A stretch of 64,000 nucleotides of DNA from Camelus ferus (GCF_009834535.1 NC_045697.1:40054001-40118000), one strand, 5' to 3'. Positions 11,001 through 24,761 are shown, counted from the first letter of the stretch. Numbers and translations are program-made. Notes: a model not told the origin generated them from the letters alone.

Positions 11001-13832
11001 CTTCTTGTAGTTGATTTCTAGTTTCATTCCACTGGGATCAGAAAAGATACTTGATATAATTTTAATATTCTTGAATTTATTGAGACTTATTTTGTGTCCC
11101 AGTGTGTGCTGTTTTTGAGAACAGTCCATGTGCACTTGGGATGAATGTGTATTCCACTACATTTTGATGGAATATTCTGTACAAGTCTGTCAAATACATC
11201 TGGCCTAAATTTTCATTTAAGGCTGCTGTTTCCTTGTTGACTTGCTGTTTGGATGACCTGTCCACTGATGTAAGTGGGGTGTTAAAGTCCCCTACTTTTA
11301 ATCATGTTGTTGTCGGTTTCTCCCTTTAGGTCTGTTAATAATTATTTAATATATTTTTGTGCTCCTATGTTAGGTACGTATATAATGATCACTATTATGA
11401 CTTCTTGATTAATTGTCTCCTTTATATTGTCTCTTGTTAACTTTTTTGGCTTGAAGTCTAGTTTGTTTGAGATGAGTGTGGTTATGCCTGTTTTCTTTGG
11501 GCTGCTTTTTGCTTGGAGTATCATCTTCCATCCCTTCACCTTTAGCCTGTCTTTAGACCTGAGGTGTGTCTCCTGGAGGCAGCATATACTTGAGGCTTGT
11601 TTTTTAATCCATCCAGCATTCTGTGTCTTTTGATTGGTGAATTCAGTCCATTTACATTTAGGGTGATTATTGATAGATGGGAACTTAGTATTGTCATTTA
11701 ATCTTTTGTTATCTGGCCACTCTGTATCTCCATTGTTTCTTTTTCCTTGTGTTTCTGCATGCTACTTTTGTTTGGTGGTTTTTTAATGGTATTTTTCTCA
11801 GTTTCCTTTTTTTATGTTTTGTGTCTCTGCTCTGTGTTTATGTTTTGTGGTTACCCTGGGATTTGTATAAAACATCTCATTGATAAAGAGATTCCTGTTA
11901 GATTCCTTTTTTTTGCTGATAACATTTTGTCTTCACTTACTTTTGTGTTTTTTGTTGTCTCAAATTATCTTTTTTGTATTGTGTTTGTTACCATACTGAG
12001 ATAACTGTAGTTATTTTTCTGCTTTCTTTTTTTAGATCTTTAATTTTTATACTGTAATAAAGTGTTTAAAAACCTATTCTGATAAAGAATTACAGTTTTC
12101 TGGTTCTGTCTATTTATCACCTTGCTTAAAGTTTTGTGTATTTTGACCATTTTGTTTCTGGTAGAAAAGCTCCTTTCATTTCTTGTAAGGCAGGTCCAGT
12201 GGTGATGAACTCCCTCAGCTTTTGTTTGTCTGGGAAATTACTTCTCCTTCATATCTGAAGGATAACTGCTGGATGAACTATTCTTGACTGACAGTTTTTA
12301 TCTTTCAGTGTCTGAGAATGTCACTGCACTCCCTCCTGGCCCGTAGGGTTTAGGCTGAGGAATCTGCTGATAGCCTAATTGGGGGTTCCTTTGTAATTTA
12401 CTGTCCTTTTTTCCCTGGTTACCTTTTAAATTCTTTTTTTGTCATTGCCTTTTGGCAGTTTTCATATAATGTGTCTTGGAGAAGGCCTTTTCAGTTGGGC
12501 TAATTAGGTGTTCTCTTAGCTTTTGGACTTTGTGGACTTTCTTTAATCTCTCTGCTCCCTTTTCCCTCCTTCATCCTAATGCTGCCTTTCCTAAAAGAGT
12601 CAAATCTCTCTCATAGGACTTCCTTATATTTTTACATCTTATTTCTCTTCCCTCTTCTGCTTGTGTTGTTTCCAGATTTCTATCTTTGTGCTCACTAAAT
12701 CTCTTCCACGTGGTCTGCTCTATTTCTAGTGCTTTCCAATACATTCTTCCTCTCGTTTATGGTGTTCTTCAGAATTTGTTTGGTTCTTTTTAAGGATGTC
12801 CGTTACTTTGGTAAAGTACTCCTGTTCATTAATTTTGTTTTCAAGCTCATTAAACTGCCTTTCTGAGTTTTCTTGTATCTCTCTGAGTTTCTTCATGATA
12901 GTGATTTTGAATTCTCTGTCAGTTAGATCACAATATTCTGTAATTTTAAGTTTGATTTCTGGAGAATTGTCACTTTCTTTTTGTGGTACAGTGTTACTGC
13001 AGTTCTTCATGTTGCTTGATGAGTTATCCCTCTGCTGCTGCATTTGAAATTAAACGACAGGTTAGCTGTTAGGTTCCTTTCTTTTGTCTTCCAGTAGGTG
13101 GTGGTATCACACAAGTTTGTGGTTACTCTCACTTGAGCTGCCTCTGGTTATATTTGAGGCTCTACACTTTCTAACCTCCACCCCATCTACATGAGGTGTG
13201 CCTCCGTGCCTTCACTGCCACTTCTTGTTTCTCTAGGGTGGTTGCTGCCTTGCTTCTGCCAGAGTTGCTGTTGTCACTGGGATGGTGGGCTCTTTCCTTG
13301 CATCCAGGATCCTCTGAGACACAGGCTTTGTAGTGTGGGGAGGGAAACAGTGCAGGGGGAGCTGGGGTCATGCAGGCACCTCTACCATGTCTGGTATTGT
13401 AAGGTTTGGGGGCTCTGCTACTGCAGATGGGGGGTAAGGGTGGGGTCTTGGGCATGTCAGCAGCTGGAGGAACAGGGTCCCAGGCCCCACTCCCGCTGCT
13501 GCCTAGCTACCTGTGGCTGTGGGCGCTGGTTTGACTGGGAGGCCAGAGTCACGTGTGTCGCTTCCTCTCCTACTACCAGGTCCTCTGAAGCTATGGGCTA
13601 TGCTGCCACTGTCAGATGACAGGGATTGCAGACACAGACTGCTGTTGCCTCAGTTCTGCTTCCTCTGTGTGTTCCGTCCATTCACCCTTAGATGTGCAGA
13701 CACGTGGAATTCTCTGGTGTCCTGTTGTGTTGGGCAGAGGCACCTTTGAGTTGTGGATATTTTACTGATTGTATATTGAAAGGGGAGAGACAAAGGTAGT
13801 TTTTCCCTCTGCCATGTTTCTCATGTCACTCC

Positions 13833-14630
13833 TGCTTTAGTTTTCTTAGTAAGGTAGGAAATAGGGTTATCAGCTGAGAATGACTATGGGAGAGGGTACA
13901 GAAGAGAAAAGAAATCACGACATGTTGAAACAGGAAAATGGAAAGGTGAATGGGCTAGGGAAATATAGTTTGAGTTGCTGGGTACCATTCAGAGTCCCAG
14001 CGTTAAGATTCATGATCATAAATTTAAAGCCAGATAAATCATTATTCTTAGGTGTTTTTCTCCACCCACATTTAGCTGCAGGGATATAGGCACAGAGTGG
14101 GAGAGATTTGAATTTAACTAGAGATTCTGGTTTTGCCAAGCAAGCGAAAATGCAAAAGAGGAACAATAGAGTTCAGGGCCTTTGCGAGGATATTATCGTA
14201 GTGAATGATCATGGAATTTCAGGCGCTTATAAAGATTAAAGAGACCAGTATGGAATGAGACACAGTGATATATTAGTAAAGTTAATGATTGCAGGTCCTT
14301 GTGGGGGTCAGAGTTTTGTTGGAGTTAGGTTACTAGAAGAAGCCAGGTGGGACATGGGATATGGTGGTCAAAGAGCAAGGCAGATAAAATGAGATTGCTT
14401 ATGACAGTGTCTGTGGCGTGACCTGGGAGTGCATAGCTGAGGCAGGGTGGAGAACACAAACATTGGAGGAGAGCAGTTCAAGGTAGGCAGAGGCCAGCAT
14501 GCTGGGAAAATCACCTATGTGTATACTGAATTAACCAAGACATAAGACAGGAGTAGTGTTAGAGAGAGTGACAGTGTACCAGGTACTGATAAATAGGGGA
14601 AGAGGGTCCTGGAGTCCAAAGATAGCAGTT
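13833..14630 (-). mobile_element. L2 LINE (right piece)
   Basis: cattgggagagagcagttcaagg...accaagacataagacaggagtagtgttagagagagtgacagtgtaccagg is typical L2 ORF sequence in antisense. Confidence 0.7.
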
Positions 14631-14839
14631 GAGATTTGGGGGGAAGTTAGTAGATGATCCACTTTGGGGTATTCACACTTTGCAGTGGTTTCTCCTCTCA
14701 GAATAAGCAATACCAGCATGTGAAATTTCCTGTTGTAACCTCAAGGAAAACTCTTTTGTTTCTGTAATGACTTTTCATGCTTTAATTACAAGGGGCACTG
14801 AAGCCTAACAAGGAATTATTTTTATTTTTCATCTAAAGC

Positions 14840-14952
14840 TAGGGCAACCATGTTTACTTTTGAGAGCCAGAGGGGGCACAATGAATAGTTACTTGGAGCA
14901 ATACATGTAAACTGGGACTTTCGTATGCAAACTGGGACATGGCTCACACCCT
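14840..14952. mobile_element. MER94-like hAT-Blackjack MITE
   Basis: tagggcaaccat...cttttgagagccagagggggcac...aaactgggact...gcaaactgggacatgg..caccct with TAGGG-type termini. Confidence 0.65.
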
Positions 14953-15289
14953 GCCCTGCACAATATGAGCGCAGCCAGTTTAATTATGAGCCAGCTCTAC
15001 ACTGAAGGCTCTCATTCCCCAAAATCACTACAAATACTTGGGACACACAAACAGATTAGAAAGAGAAAAATGACTCAACTTGCCTTTATCTTGACGAGAA
15101 GATCAAGAAAGACTTTCCCCCCCACCCCACTTCCCTAATTATATTTATTGCCTGTCTTATTTTTCCCTTCAGTGCAATCCTAGTTTGACTGTATCTTCTA
15201 GTGAGAGAAATGCTCTATTCCCCAAAGTATATTGGTCATTTGAAAGTAGTCTAAACTGTTTTCTAAATCCCCACAGTTGTTTTCTGCAT

Positions 15290-15435
15290 ATCTTCTGAGT
15301 AGTTAGTGTCAGAATTGAACTGAGTTGTAGGACCCTCATTTGGTGTTGGGACCTGAGTCAGGTGGAGAATTGATTGTTGTGAGGAAAAACTCCCACATAT
15401 TTGCTGTCAGAAGGGTTGTAAATAAAAACAGTTCG
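15290..15435 (+). mobile_element. MER21-like ERVL LTR 3' part
   Basis: ttagtgtcagaattgaactgagttgtaggacc...ggagaattgattgttgtgaggaaaaactcccacatatttgctgtcagaag. Confidence 0.7.
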
Positions 15436-16070
15436 GTTGGGGTAACAAGCAAGGTGTGATCTCTCTCTCCACTCTCTGGGCCACAGAGAACATTCTGGCA
15501 CAGGAGAAACTAAAGAGCATGGAGCCTCCTTCAGACAGCTTTGAATTGCGTTCACATTATGGAGCTGTGGAAGACCAGCACCTCTACCAGGGAATGTCAA
15601 TGTTTTTGTGTAAGTCAGCTGCAGTAAGGTGGCACTATCATCAAGTGCTTCCTGGACATCAGAGGTTGAAGGGGCCACAGTAGAATGATTGTAGATTTGT
15701 GTCAGAATGTGATCCCAGAAAACATCTGGAAGCTGGAGGTTCTGTGTCATGGAGGTAGAGGCACCAATCAGTGAAGTTAAAATAATCACCATTCCTGTAT
15801 CTTCATTTGTACCCCAAAGGGGATGCTTCTTAGAGAAATTTCAGAGTTACACCAATAGCCAAAGGTACATGGCCCAAGAAACGTAAGTGGTGAGGTTGGC
15901 TTCTCAGAATTCTGAAATGGATTACTGTTCAGTGGTATGTGGGCATATGGGCACAAAGAATAAATGAGGACTAGGGCAAGGACTGTAAGAACCAGTTGTA
16001 CTCCTTTTCAGAACAGTGGCTTCACCTTGTTAAATTAAGACAGTCTTTAATCTGGAGTATAATTTCCATA
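15436..16070 (+). mobile_element. Probable decayed ERVL gag 5' region following the MER21-like LTR
   Basis: Lies directly after the LTR; fragments LCKSAAVRWHYHQVL and KW*GWLLRILKW weakly resemble ERVL Gag (e.g. WEWILRVW). Confidence 0.35.
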
Positions 16071-16525
16071 GAATATCAAGAAGACAACCCAGTTAACAGT
16101 GAGTTATAATGGAAATGAAATAAAATGTTTTGGGGGCATTTCTTCCCTCTTAAGATAGTTAGAATTTATGTAAAATCACTGCAAAACACCTGGCATCAGT
16201 CATCAAATACAATCATTCATTAATGGTTTCTACTCTAGAGGATGCCTTTGGAAAGGCTCGACTTTAAGAATTGCTGGTCCCAACAGATGCATTTTCATTT
16301 CACACTGGTGAATGCTTTGGGAAATTGCACCTGGGTCTTTTGATCTGGCCATAGGCACGGTAACTAAGCTTAAATGAATCTGACTCATTTACAGCACCAT
16401 AACAGTTGGCGTTTCTGTACAAATTAAAGCATGACCTGCTGCATTATTTCTCCTTCCCACTTCTACTTTTTGCTGATCGACAGATTTTTTTCCTCTTCAC
16501 TCATTCCAGTTAAGAGGAAATTTAA

Positions 16526-17100
16526 ACAATAGACAAGACATGGAAGCAACCTAAATGTCCATTGACAGATGACTGAATAAAGAAGTTGTGGTATATTTAT
16601 ACAATGGAATACTACTCAGCCATAAAAAAGAATAAAATAATGCCATTTGCAGCAAAGTGGATGGACCTAGAGATCATCATTCTAAATGAAGTAAGCCAGA
16701 AAGAGAAAGAAAAATACCATACTATATCACTCATAGGTGGAATCTTAAAAAAAAAAAAAAAAAAGAAAGAAAAAAAAGGACGTGATGAACTCATCTACAA
16801 AACAGAAACAGACTTGCAGACATAGTAAATAATCTTATGGTTTCCAGGGAAAGGGAGTGGGAAGGGATAAATTTGGGAGTTTGAGATTTACAAATGTTAG
16901 CCACTATATATAAAAGCAGATCTGAAAAAAAATTTTTCTACTGTATAGCAAAGGGAACTATGTTCAATATCTTGTAATAACCTGTAATGAAAATGAATAT
17001 ATGTATGTATATGCATGACTGGGACATTGTGCTGTACACCAGAAAGTGACACATTACAACTGACTGTACTTCACTAAAAAAGAATTAAATTTAAAAAAAG
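16526..17100 (+). mobile_element. Young camelid-type L1 3' end (575 bp) with perfect 12-bp TSD
   Basis: ORF2 end MWYIYTMEYYSAIKKNKIMPFAAKWMDLE; TSD gaggaaatttaa at 16514-16525 and 17101-17112. Confidence 0.95.
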
Positions 17101-17299
17101 GAGGAAATTTAAGTTCTCTCTATGTAGGCCATAGATCTTCACCATTTAATGTTGAAGTCCTTTTATGGATGTTAAGGTAACCAGGCTTTACAAGGCAAAG
17201 CCAGGTATCTCCTTATGGATAAGTTTTGGGTCCATTTTAGCATATTAAAAGAGGGGGAAAACAAATTGATCAAATCTACCTTGTCTAACCTCAAACGCA

Positions 17300-17480
17300 T
17301 TGTTTCTGAGTGTGGTGCAGTCTACTTGCATCAGAGTCAGGACCACCTTGTAATGTTTGTTTGGAGTTTAGATTCCTGGCTTCTTATCTACTGAATCAGA
17401 ATCTTGTTTGTGTCTGTCTGTGTTTCTTAAGAGTATTTCTGAAAAACATCAACATGTTTCGGATGTATTCTAAGCCAGCT
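17300..17480. mobile_element. MER5-type fragment
   Basis: cttgcatcagagtcag...agattcctggc...ctactgaatcagaatct. Confidence 0.5.
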
Positions 17481-17974
17481 GTCATGGTTTTGTAACTAGT
17501 TGCATCAGCTTGAGATTAGTTAGTGTGCCTGTGGCTATATTCAAGACCTACCAAAAAAGCCAAAGAGCACATCCTAGGAGATTTTTAACCTGGCAATTTT
17601 TTTTCCGAAGCCGGCTGTGTTAACTGCTAGGACCATGGAAATAGCTCTTTAAAATCAGAGAGTTAAAACAGCTCTATTTTAACTTATAGTTTAAAACATT
17701 GTAGCTTCCTAGTGAACTTAAAACTGAAGGAACAGCAAAATGAATACATATGAATACATTTAAAATTAAAATGTCTACATATTAACCATAATTAGTCACT
17801 ACATCTGTATTATTCAGTCACTAGGCACAAATTAATTAATTAGATTTTTAGATATCTAGATAACAATTTTAATTTTAGTATAATTGATATTAAGATTTCC
17901 TCCTGATAGCAAGTAGATAGCAAGACTACATATTCATACTACTCAAAGAAATAAAAGTGTCTTCTTTAAAAAAA

Positions 17975-20882
17975 AATCTAATAGACAATTTGAATAGACC
18001 TATATCTTAAAGTGTTTGAATCAATAATTAATAACCTTCCCAGACAGAAACACCAAACCCAGATGAGTTCACTGGGAAATTCCACCAAACATTTAAGGAA
18101 AATTTCTACCAATTCTCTACAGTGTCTTTCAGAAGGTAGAAGTCAAGGGAATATTTCCTAACTCACTTTGTGAGCATTATCCTAACACCAAAACTGGATA
18201 AACACATTACAAGGAAAGGGAACAAACTACAGACCAATATCTCTTGTGACATAGATACAAAATCCTCAAAAAAAAATTAGCAAATTGAATCCAACAGTGT
18301 ATGAAAAGAATTATTTACTATGTGAGATTATACACCAAAAATTGTACACAACATGGCATATATTTCAGGTATGCAAGGCTGGTTCAACATTTGAAATAAA
18401 TTATTGTAATCCATCACATCCACAGAATAAAGAAGAAAAATCACACGATTGTATCAATAGATGCTAGAAAGCATTTGATAAAATACAATACCCATTCATG
18501 ATAAAAACTCTCATCAAACCAGGAACAGAGGAGAACTCCCTCCTCTTGATAAAGATCATCTACAAAAAGCCTACGGCCAATATCATACTTAATAGTGAGA
18601 GACTGGACGCTTTCCCATTAAGATTAGGAACAAGGCAAGGATACTCTATCTCAACACTACTTTTCAATATCACACTGAAACTTTTAGCAATGCAGTAAGG
18701 CAAGAAAAAGATATAAAAATTATGCAACTTGGGAAAAAAGAAATAAAACTGTTTTTGGTTGCAGATGACATGATTGTCTATGTAGGAAGTCAAGCAACAA
18801 CAGCAATAACAACAACAAAAACTCCTGGAACTAATTAAATGATATATCAGGTTTGCAGGGTACAAGGGTAATATTCAAAAGTCAACCTCTTCCTGTATAC
18901 TAGCAATGAACAAGTGGAACTTGAAATTAAAAACACAATACCATTTACATTACATCCCCGAAAGTGAAATACTTAGGTATAAATCTAACAAAATATGAAC
19001 AAGATCTATATGATGAAAGCTATAAGACTCTGATGAAAGAAATCTAAGAGTAAATAAATGCAGAGATACTTCATGTTCATGAATAAGAAGATTCAATGTT
19101 GTCAAGATGTCAGTTCTTCCCAGCTTGATCTATAGATTCAATGCAATCCTTATTAAAAAAAAATCCAGGAAGTTATTTTATGGATATTGACCAACTAATC
19201 TAAAGTTTATATGGAGAGGCAAGAGACCTTGTAGAGCCAACATATTATTGAAGGAGAGGTACAGAGTTGGAGGACTGAGATAACCTGACTTCAAGACTTC
19301 CTAAAAGCTACAGTACTCAAGACAGTATGAGATTGGTGAAAGAACAGGCAAATAGAACATGGAACAGAATAGAGAGCTTGGAAAAAGACCCACATAAATA
19401 TAGTCCACTAATCTTTGACATGGGAGCAAAGGCAATACAGTGGAATAAAGATAGTTTTCAACAAATGGTGCTGGAACAAATGGACAGCTACATGCAAAAA
19501 AAAAAAAAAAAGAGAGAGAGAATCTAAGCACAAATCTGAACTCCCTTCACAAAATTAATTCGAAGTGGGTCATAGACCTAAATGGAAAGTACAAAACTGT
19601 AAAACTCCAAGATAATGTAGGAGGAAGTCTAGGTGATCTTGGACATGGCGATAACTTTTTAGCTACAAAACCAAAGGGAGGATCCATGAAAGAAATCATT
19701 ATAAGCTAGACTTGATTAAAATTGAAAAATTCTAGTCTGTGAAAGACAATGTCAACGGAATAAGGAGACAAGCCACATACTGGGAGAAAATATCTACAAA
19801 AGACGTATCTGATACGTGACTGTTACCCAGAGGATGCAAAGAACTCTGAAAACTCAACACTAAGAGAACAAATAGCCCAATTAAAAATTGGGCCAAAGAC
19901 CTGAACAGATACCTTACCAAAGAAGATATACAGATGACAGATAAGCATATGAAAAGATACTCCACATTACATGTCATTATGGAATTGCACATTTAAACAA
20001 CAATGAGATACCACTACACACCTATTAGAAAGCCCAAACTCTAAAACACTGACAATATCAAATGTTGTCCAGGAATGTTCATTTTTTGCTGGTGGGAATT
20101 CAAGTTGTTTCAGCCGCTTTGGAAGACAGTTTCACAATTTCTTACAAAACTAAACATACGCGTCCCATGAGATCTAGTGATCATGTTCCTCTGTATTTAC
20201 CCAGTGAGTTGAAAACTTAAGTCCTCACCGAAACCTGAACACAGATGTTTATAGCAGATGAATATAACTATATATTCATAGTTGCCAAAGCTTGGAAGCA
20301 ACCAAGGTGTCTTTCAGTAAGTGAATGGATAAATAAACAATTCCCCCATTCTAGACAATGGAATATTATTCAGTGCTAAAAAGAAATGAGCTATCAAGCC
20401 ATGAAAAGACTTGGAGGAACCTTAAATGCATCTTCCTAAGTGCAAGAAGCCAGTCTGGAAAGACTGCATATTGTATAATTCCAACTACAGGATGTTGAGG
20501 AAAAGGCAAAACCATGCCGACAGAAGTCAATGGGTAGCAGGTGGAATGGGAAACGGAGGAATGTGGAACACAGGAGATGTTTAGGTCAGAGAAAGTCTTC
20601 TCTATGATACTGCAGTGCTGAATACATTTGTCAAAATCCAGAGATCCATAGAATGTACAACACCAAGAATAAACCCTAATGTAAACTGTGGACTTGGGGT
20701 GATCATGATGTGTTAATGTAAGTTCACTGATTATAACAAGTGCACCACTCTGGTCAGGTGTACTGATAATGGAGAAGAATTTGTCTGGGGTAGTGAGCAG
20801 AGGATGTATGGAAAATCTCTGCCTTCCCCTCAATTTTGCTGTGAACCTAAAATTGCTCTTTAAAAATTTATTTAAAAAAAAC
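17975..20882 (+). mobile_element. L1MC1-type LINE-1, 5'-truncated (copy A of the inverted pair)
   Basis: RT remnants ([28 protein letters not shown]); 3'UTR aaaccctaatgtaaactgtggacttggggtgat...caattttgctgtgaacctaaaattgctct. Confidence 0.9.
19868..20476 (+). repeat. Left arm of a 609-bp perfect inverted repeat (pairs with 25441-26049)
   Basis: Base-by-base comparison with the reverse complement of 25441-26049 shows no mismatch; first mismatches at 19867/26050 and 20477/25440. Confidence 0.95.
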
Positions 20883-21604
20883 AAGGGGAAAAATTACATT
20901 GAAAACTGCGACCATAAAAGTAAAACTATAAATGCATATCCATTATTCTAATAAATATTCTTAAAAAAGTGTGAGCCTAAAAGATGGCACGGATATGAAA
21001 GAATGAAGAATTTCATTAAGTTCAAAAGCTTTAAATTTAGACCAAAATGACAATTACATTAAGGTCCCTCTCCTGCAATTAAAGAAAAACAAAAACAAAA
21101 AGCATCCTATCAGTGGGTTCACCTAGGGTGAACTGCAGACTTCAGTCAGCAATCAGATGAATTAGCTAATATATAACCTAAATGCAGAGATATCACAATA
21201 ACTCATTTTGAAGTTACCCAGTTAACCACAATTCAAGGTCAGGGCAAGAAATCAGCCTCTGCAGAAGTCTCCAGTTCTAGGTCATGCTACCTCGTCACCA
21301 GCTAAGATAACTGCCAACAGTGCTAGGCGTGGCATAGTTTCCTTAGTGTTAAAGCATCTTTCATTCTAGGAAGAATTGGGATTAATCACAGAAATTTTTT
21401 CAGTCCAGTTTCAGATGTGCAATTAAATAAGTGATTTAGGCTTTTGATTTAAAGTTGAAATCTTACTAAGTCTGTAGAAAAATAACAGGACATTTAAAGA
21501 ATTAGGGTTGACCGTATTTATAATTTCAATCATTTCCTTCATATGGGTTATTTGAGCAATTGGGGAGGCTTAGTTTGTTAAATTAGAAAATAGGAGTACT
21601 TAAG

Positions 21605-22156
21605 TATGCAGAAAAGAGTGAACACAGGAGGCCTGAGGCTTCTGTCCTTAGAAAGGCCTGCTCTCAAGATTGGCCCTTAGTTGGCATCTGGGAGATTGAG
21701 TCACAGAGTGTTCCCACTCAACAGTTAACTGTTAAGGGTGGTTCACTTTGTCTAGACTGTGCAAACAGTTTATGCTGAATGCCTGCTCACCTTCTGAGAG
21801 TCTGGAATTTTGGTACATGCTCAGCAGAGCATGCCTACATACCCAGCTCCCAGTAAAAACCTTGGGCTCTAAGCCTTTAGTGGTCTCCCTGGGCCAAAAT
21901 ATTGCACACATGTGGAGTTTTCATTGCTGGGGGAAGAGCGTGTTCTGTGTGACCCCTTGTGAGAAGAAGAGAGCATAAGGCAGCTTGCAGATAGAGTCCT
22001 CTAGACTCTCCCTTTGTCTTTCCCTTATGATCTACCTGTGTATCCTTGCTATGTTGCTATAATAAATCTTAGCTCTGACTAGACCTATACATTGAGTACT
22101 GTAAATTCTTCCAGTGAATCTCTGAAAATGGGCATAGTCTGGGGGTTCCCAACACA
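21605..22156 (+). mobile_element. MER68 (ERVL) solo LTR, apparently full length
   Basis: Starts tatgcagaaaagagtgaacacaggaggcctgagg..ccttagaaaggcctgct; AATAAA near 22062; ends gggggttcccaacaca. Confidence 0.85.
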
Positions 22157-24761
22157 CTAAAGAAATTGAAGTTTTCTTCTACATACAGTTTTAAGTGTTT
22201 GGGAGTGTTAAATTCACTAAGTTTATAGATTAAACCAAACACTATTGAAAGATCTCTTAGAATTGAATCATAAAATTTACTAGACATATAAATAGGGCAA
22301 TAGCATTGGTAAACTGAATTATAGACTTAAAAAAGACTAGAGTCTTGAATTTATAACTTTGATCACCAAATACTAATTTCTAAAACCCAAGTAAACTTTT
22401 AAATAGGCTTTTCACCCCCTGAAAAGTCCCTTGAGAGGATCAATAAAGGTCAAATTTAGTATATCTCATCAGCCCGTGACAGATTGCTTGTCCTCCTAGT
22501 CTCAGTGAAAGAAGGGTATTTGTTCAAATCAACTACAGTCCCGCATCACTAAGATTTCAGATAAAAGGAAGTAACCTAGGATCCACCCCTGTTTATATCA
22601 CTTGATAATTAACCACATTACACCATCTCATAGAATCTGCTTCTAATGGTGATACTAAAATACGTTTTTTGTAAAAGCATCAGTAGGTAGGGAGTCCAAC
22701 TAAACAGGTGATAACTGTTAACTCTATAGTGTTAAAGATCCAGGAAAAGTTAATAAAAATTATCCTTTTGATATTCTATAATGCCCTTGACAGATTTCCC
22801 CACTGGATGATGAAGAATGTGGCAGGAGCTTCTGCTAGAGCATTATGCCTGAAACCTACCTGTCACGCATTAAAAAATTTCTGCTTTTAGAACTGTGGTA
22901 TAAGGAGAAAACAGGGGCTTTCTCCCCATAGCTATCATAGTACCCAGCACTTAGTAAACCCAGTAAACACTAATGAATGAATGGAAGAGCTAATGATTTA
23001 GGTGAGGGAATAAGATGTAAACATCCCAAAGTTAAATGACAATAGGAGGCAGTGGTTTTGAAGGCATGTAAGAGGTAGTAGGTGGTAAGCTGCCAAGTGA
23101 ATGGAAGGGAGAGTAAGTGTTAAGAGCTCCGAGTGGAAGGCCACTGTGGGCTACAGAGGAGAAGGTTTCATGGAGAAGCTGGGCTTAAAAAGTCCTGGCC
23201 TTGAAAACTGTATTAGATTTGAAAATGAAGAGTAGGGAAAGGCCTGAGAAGCAAGAGTGCACACAAAGGGATGGAAGTGAGAAAATAGGAGAAGTGACTG
23301 TGAGATGCACGTTGACCCTCTAGCACTGCAGCCTAGCTGTTTACAAAACAAGAGTGGGGACAGACCTCTTAGCACCCAGGTTGTGATGGTCGTGTTTCTC
23401 TGGCTCAGGATTTGGACTTGACTCTCTTGAGAGGGGAAAGAATGATTTTTCAATAGGCAATAATACGATGAAAGAGTTTGGTGGTTCTAGAATAAAGATT
23501 ATCCCACAACAAGGTGTAGGATGGTTTAGATTGGATTAAAGAAGTGAGCGTTGTTGGTAGAGAATACAGTAGTTAGAAGACAGCCCAGACATAAAGCAGT
23601 AAGGGGCTGAATTTAACATAAGGTCAGAGGTTATAGAAAGACATGCATCTCTTAAACATTTTAAAAGAATATGTGGTTGGACTGGTCACCACAACCAAAG
23701 GAAAGCTAAGAGTACCTTTGTGAAAGTGAAGGAGGAGAGTACTTTTTTAGCACGAAGTTATTTATGTTTTCATTTTCTTCTTTACATCAAGTGAGAATCG
23801 GTGTGTAAATTAGGTAGTGTTAAACGAAAATTTAGACCCCTACTTTTCCAAGAGAAAAGAATTTTTGCAACTCAAAATGTAATTGAAACACATACCCAAG
23901 GGATTTAATGCTTATGTATTTTAAGGTTAGAATCTTAGTTTTACCAAATAAACCAAGAGAGAGTCAAGCACCCCATATGTAGCAGGATAATGTGCACAGT
24001 GATGAGCTGGTATATTGCAATCTGCTGGGGTCTTTGGAAGACTTTGCAAACATTCTGTAGAGAAGAGCCCAAGACACAAATAGCTTTGGTGATTGTGTTT
24101 CAGGAAAAAAGACAGGCTGTCAAGTTTTCTGCCAGTGGAAATTGAAGAAAATAAAACTAAAGGGATTTTTTGGCCATTTCCTACCAGTGTCCCTACTGGT
24201 AGACGTGCTTCAGGAAAGGATGAAGAGCTTTTGGCCAAAGAGGAAGCAGCTTTAAGAAAGCAAAGCCAAAAGAAAGAATTGGCAGTACTCTTAAGAAACT
24301 AGGTAGCATTGTTCAGGCCAGCCTGGCCTTCCTGTTCTATGGGATCGCAAACATATTTTGTACTTAACTGACAAATATTGTAGCAGCTTAAGACCTGGAT
24401 TTAAAGTCTGTTTCCACGTAGAACTCACTACTCCTAAAATTATGAAATCAAATACTCCTCTTAGCATCCTAATCCCCACAGCCAGTGCCTCCAAAACAAT
24501 GCAATAAATCATTCTCTGATGGAGAGAATAACCAATCTCCTTTCACCAGAAGCAACCAAAATCCTTTATTCCTTCAAAACACTTTCAACTACACCCTTTA
24601 TTTGTAGGCAACAGAACAAATAAAGTAAAATGGAGCTCTCTTGCTCTGCCAAATGGGGCCAACTAATCCATAACCTAAAATGAACTGAACAGTACGGACA
24701 GCCATGCCATCTCCTGGCATGATACATTTTACAAAATGTGTTCATTTTTCTCTTGTAATAT

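Larger units (their letters stand above)
7463..13832 (-). mobile_element. Near full-length L1MA9-like LINE-1 (~6.4 kb; 5'UTR, ORF1, ORF2, 3'UTR; decayed)
   Basis: ORF1 piece at 12726-13043 (NSPEIKLKITEYCDLTDREFKITIMKKL), EN pieces at 11077-11539, RT piece at 9632-9919 (AFDKIQY...[13 protein letters not shown]), C-terminal piece at 8675-8890; 5' end ggagtgacatgagaaacatggcag; degenerate TSD 7449-7462/13833-13846. Confidence 0.93.

Noticed and set aside
7463..13832. Potentially active L1
   Set aside because: ORF1 and ORF2 are broken into many short frames and the 5'UTR has lost its CpGs.
15436..16070. Apparent resemblance to cyclophilin, START-domain, SAT1 or REXO4 pseudogenes
   Set aside because: Each match was short, in different frames and mutually inconsistent; the position directly after an ERVL LTR favours gag. 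Needs BLASTX.
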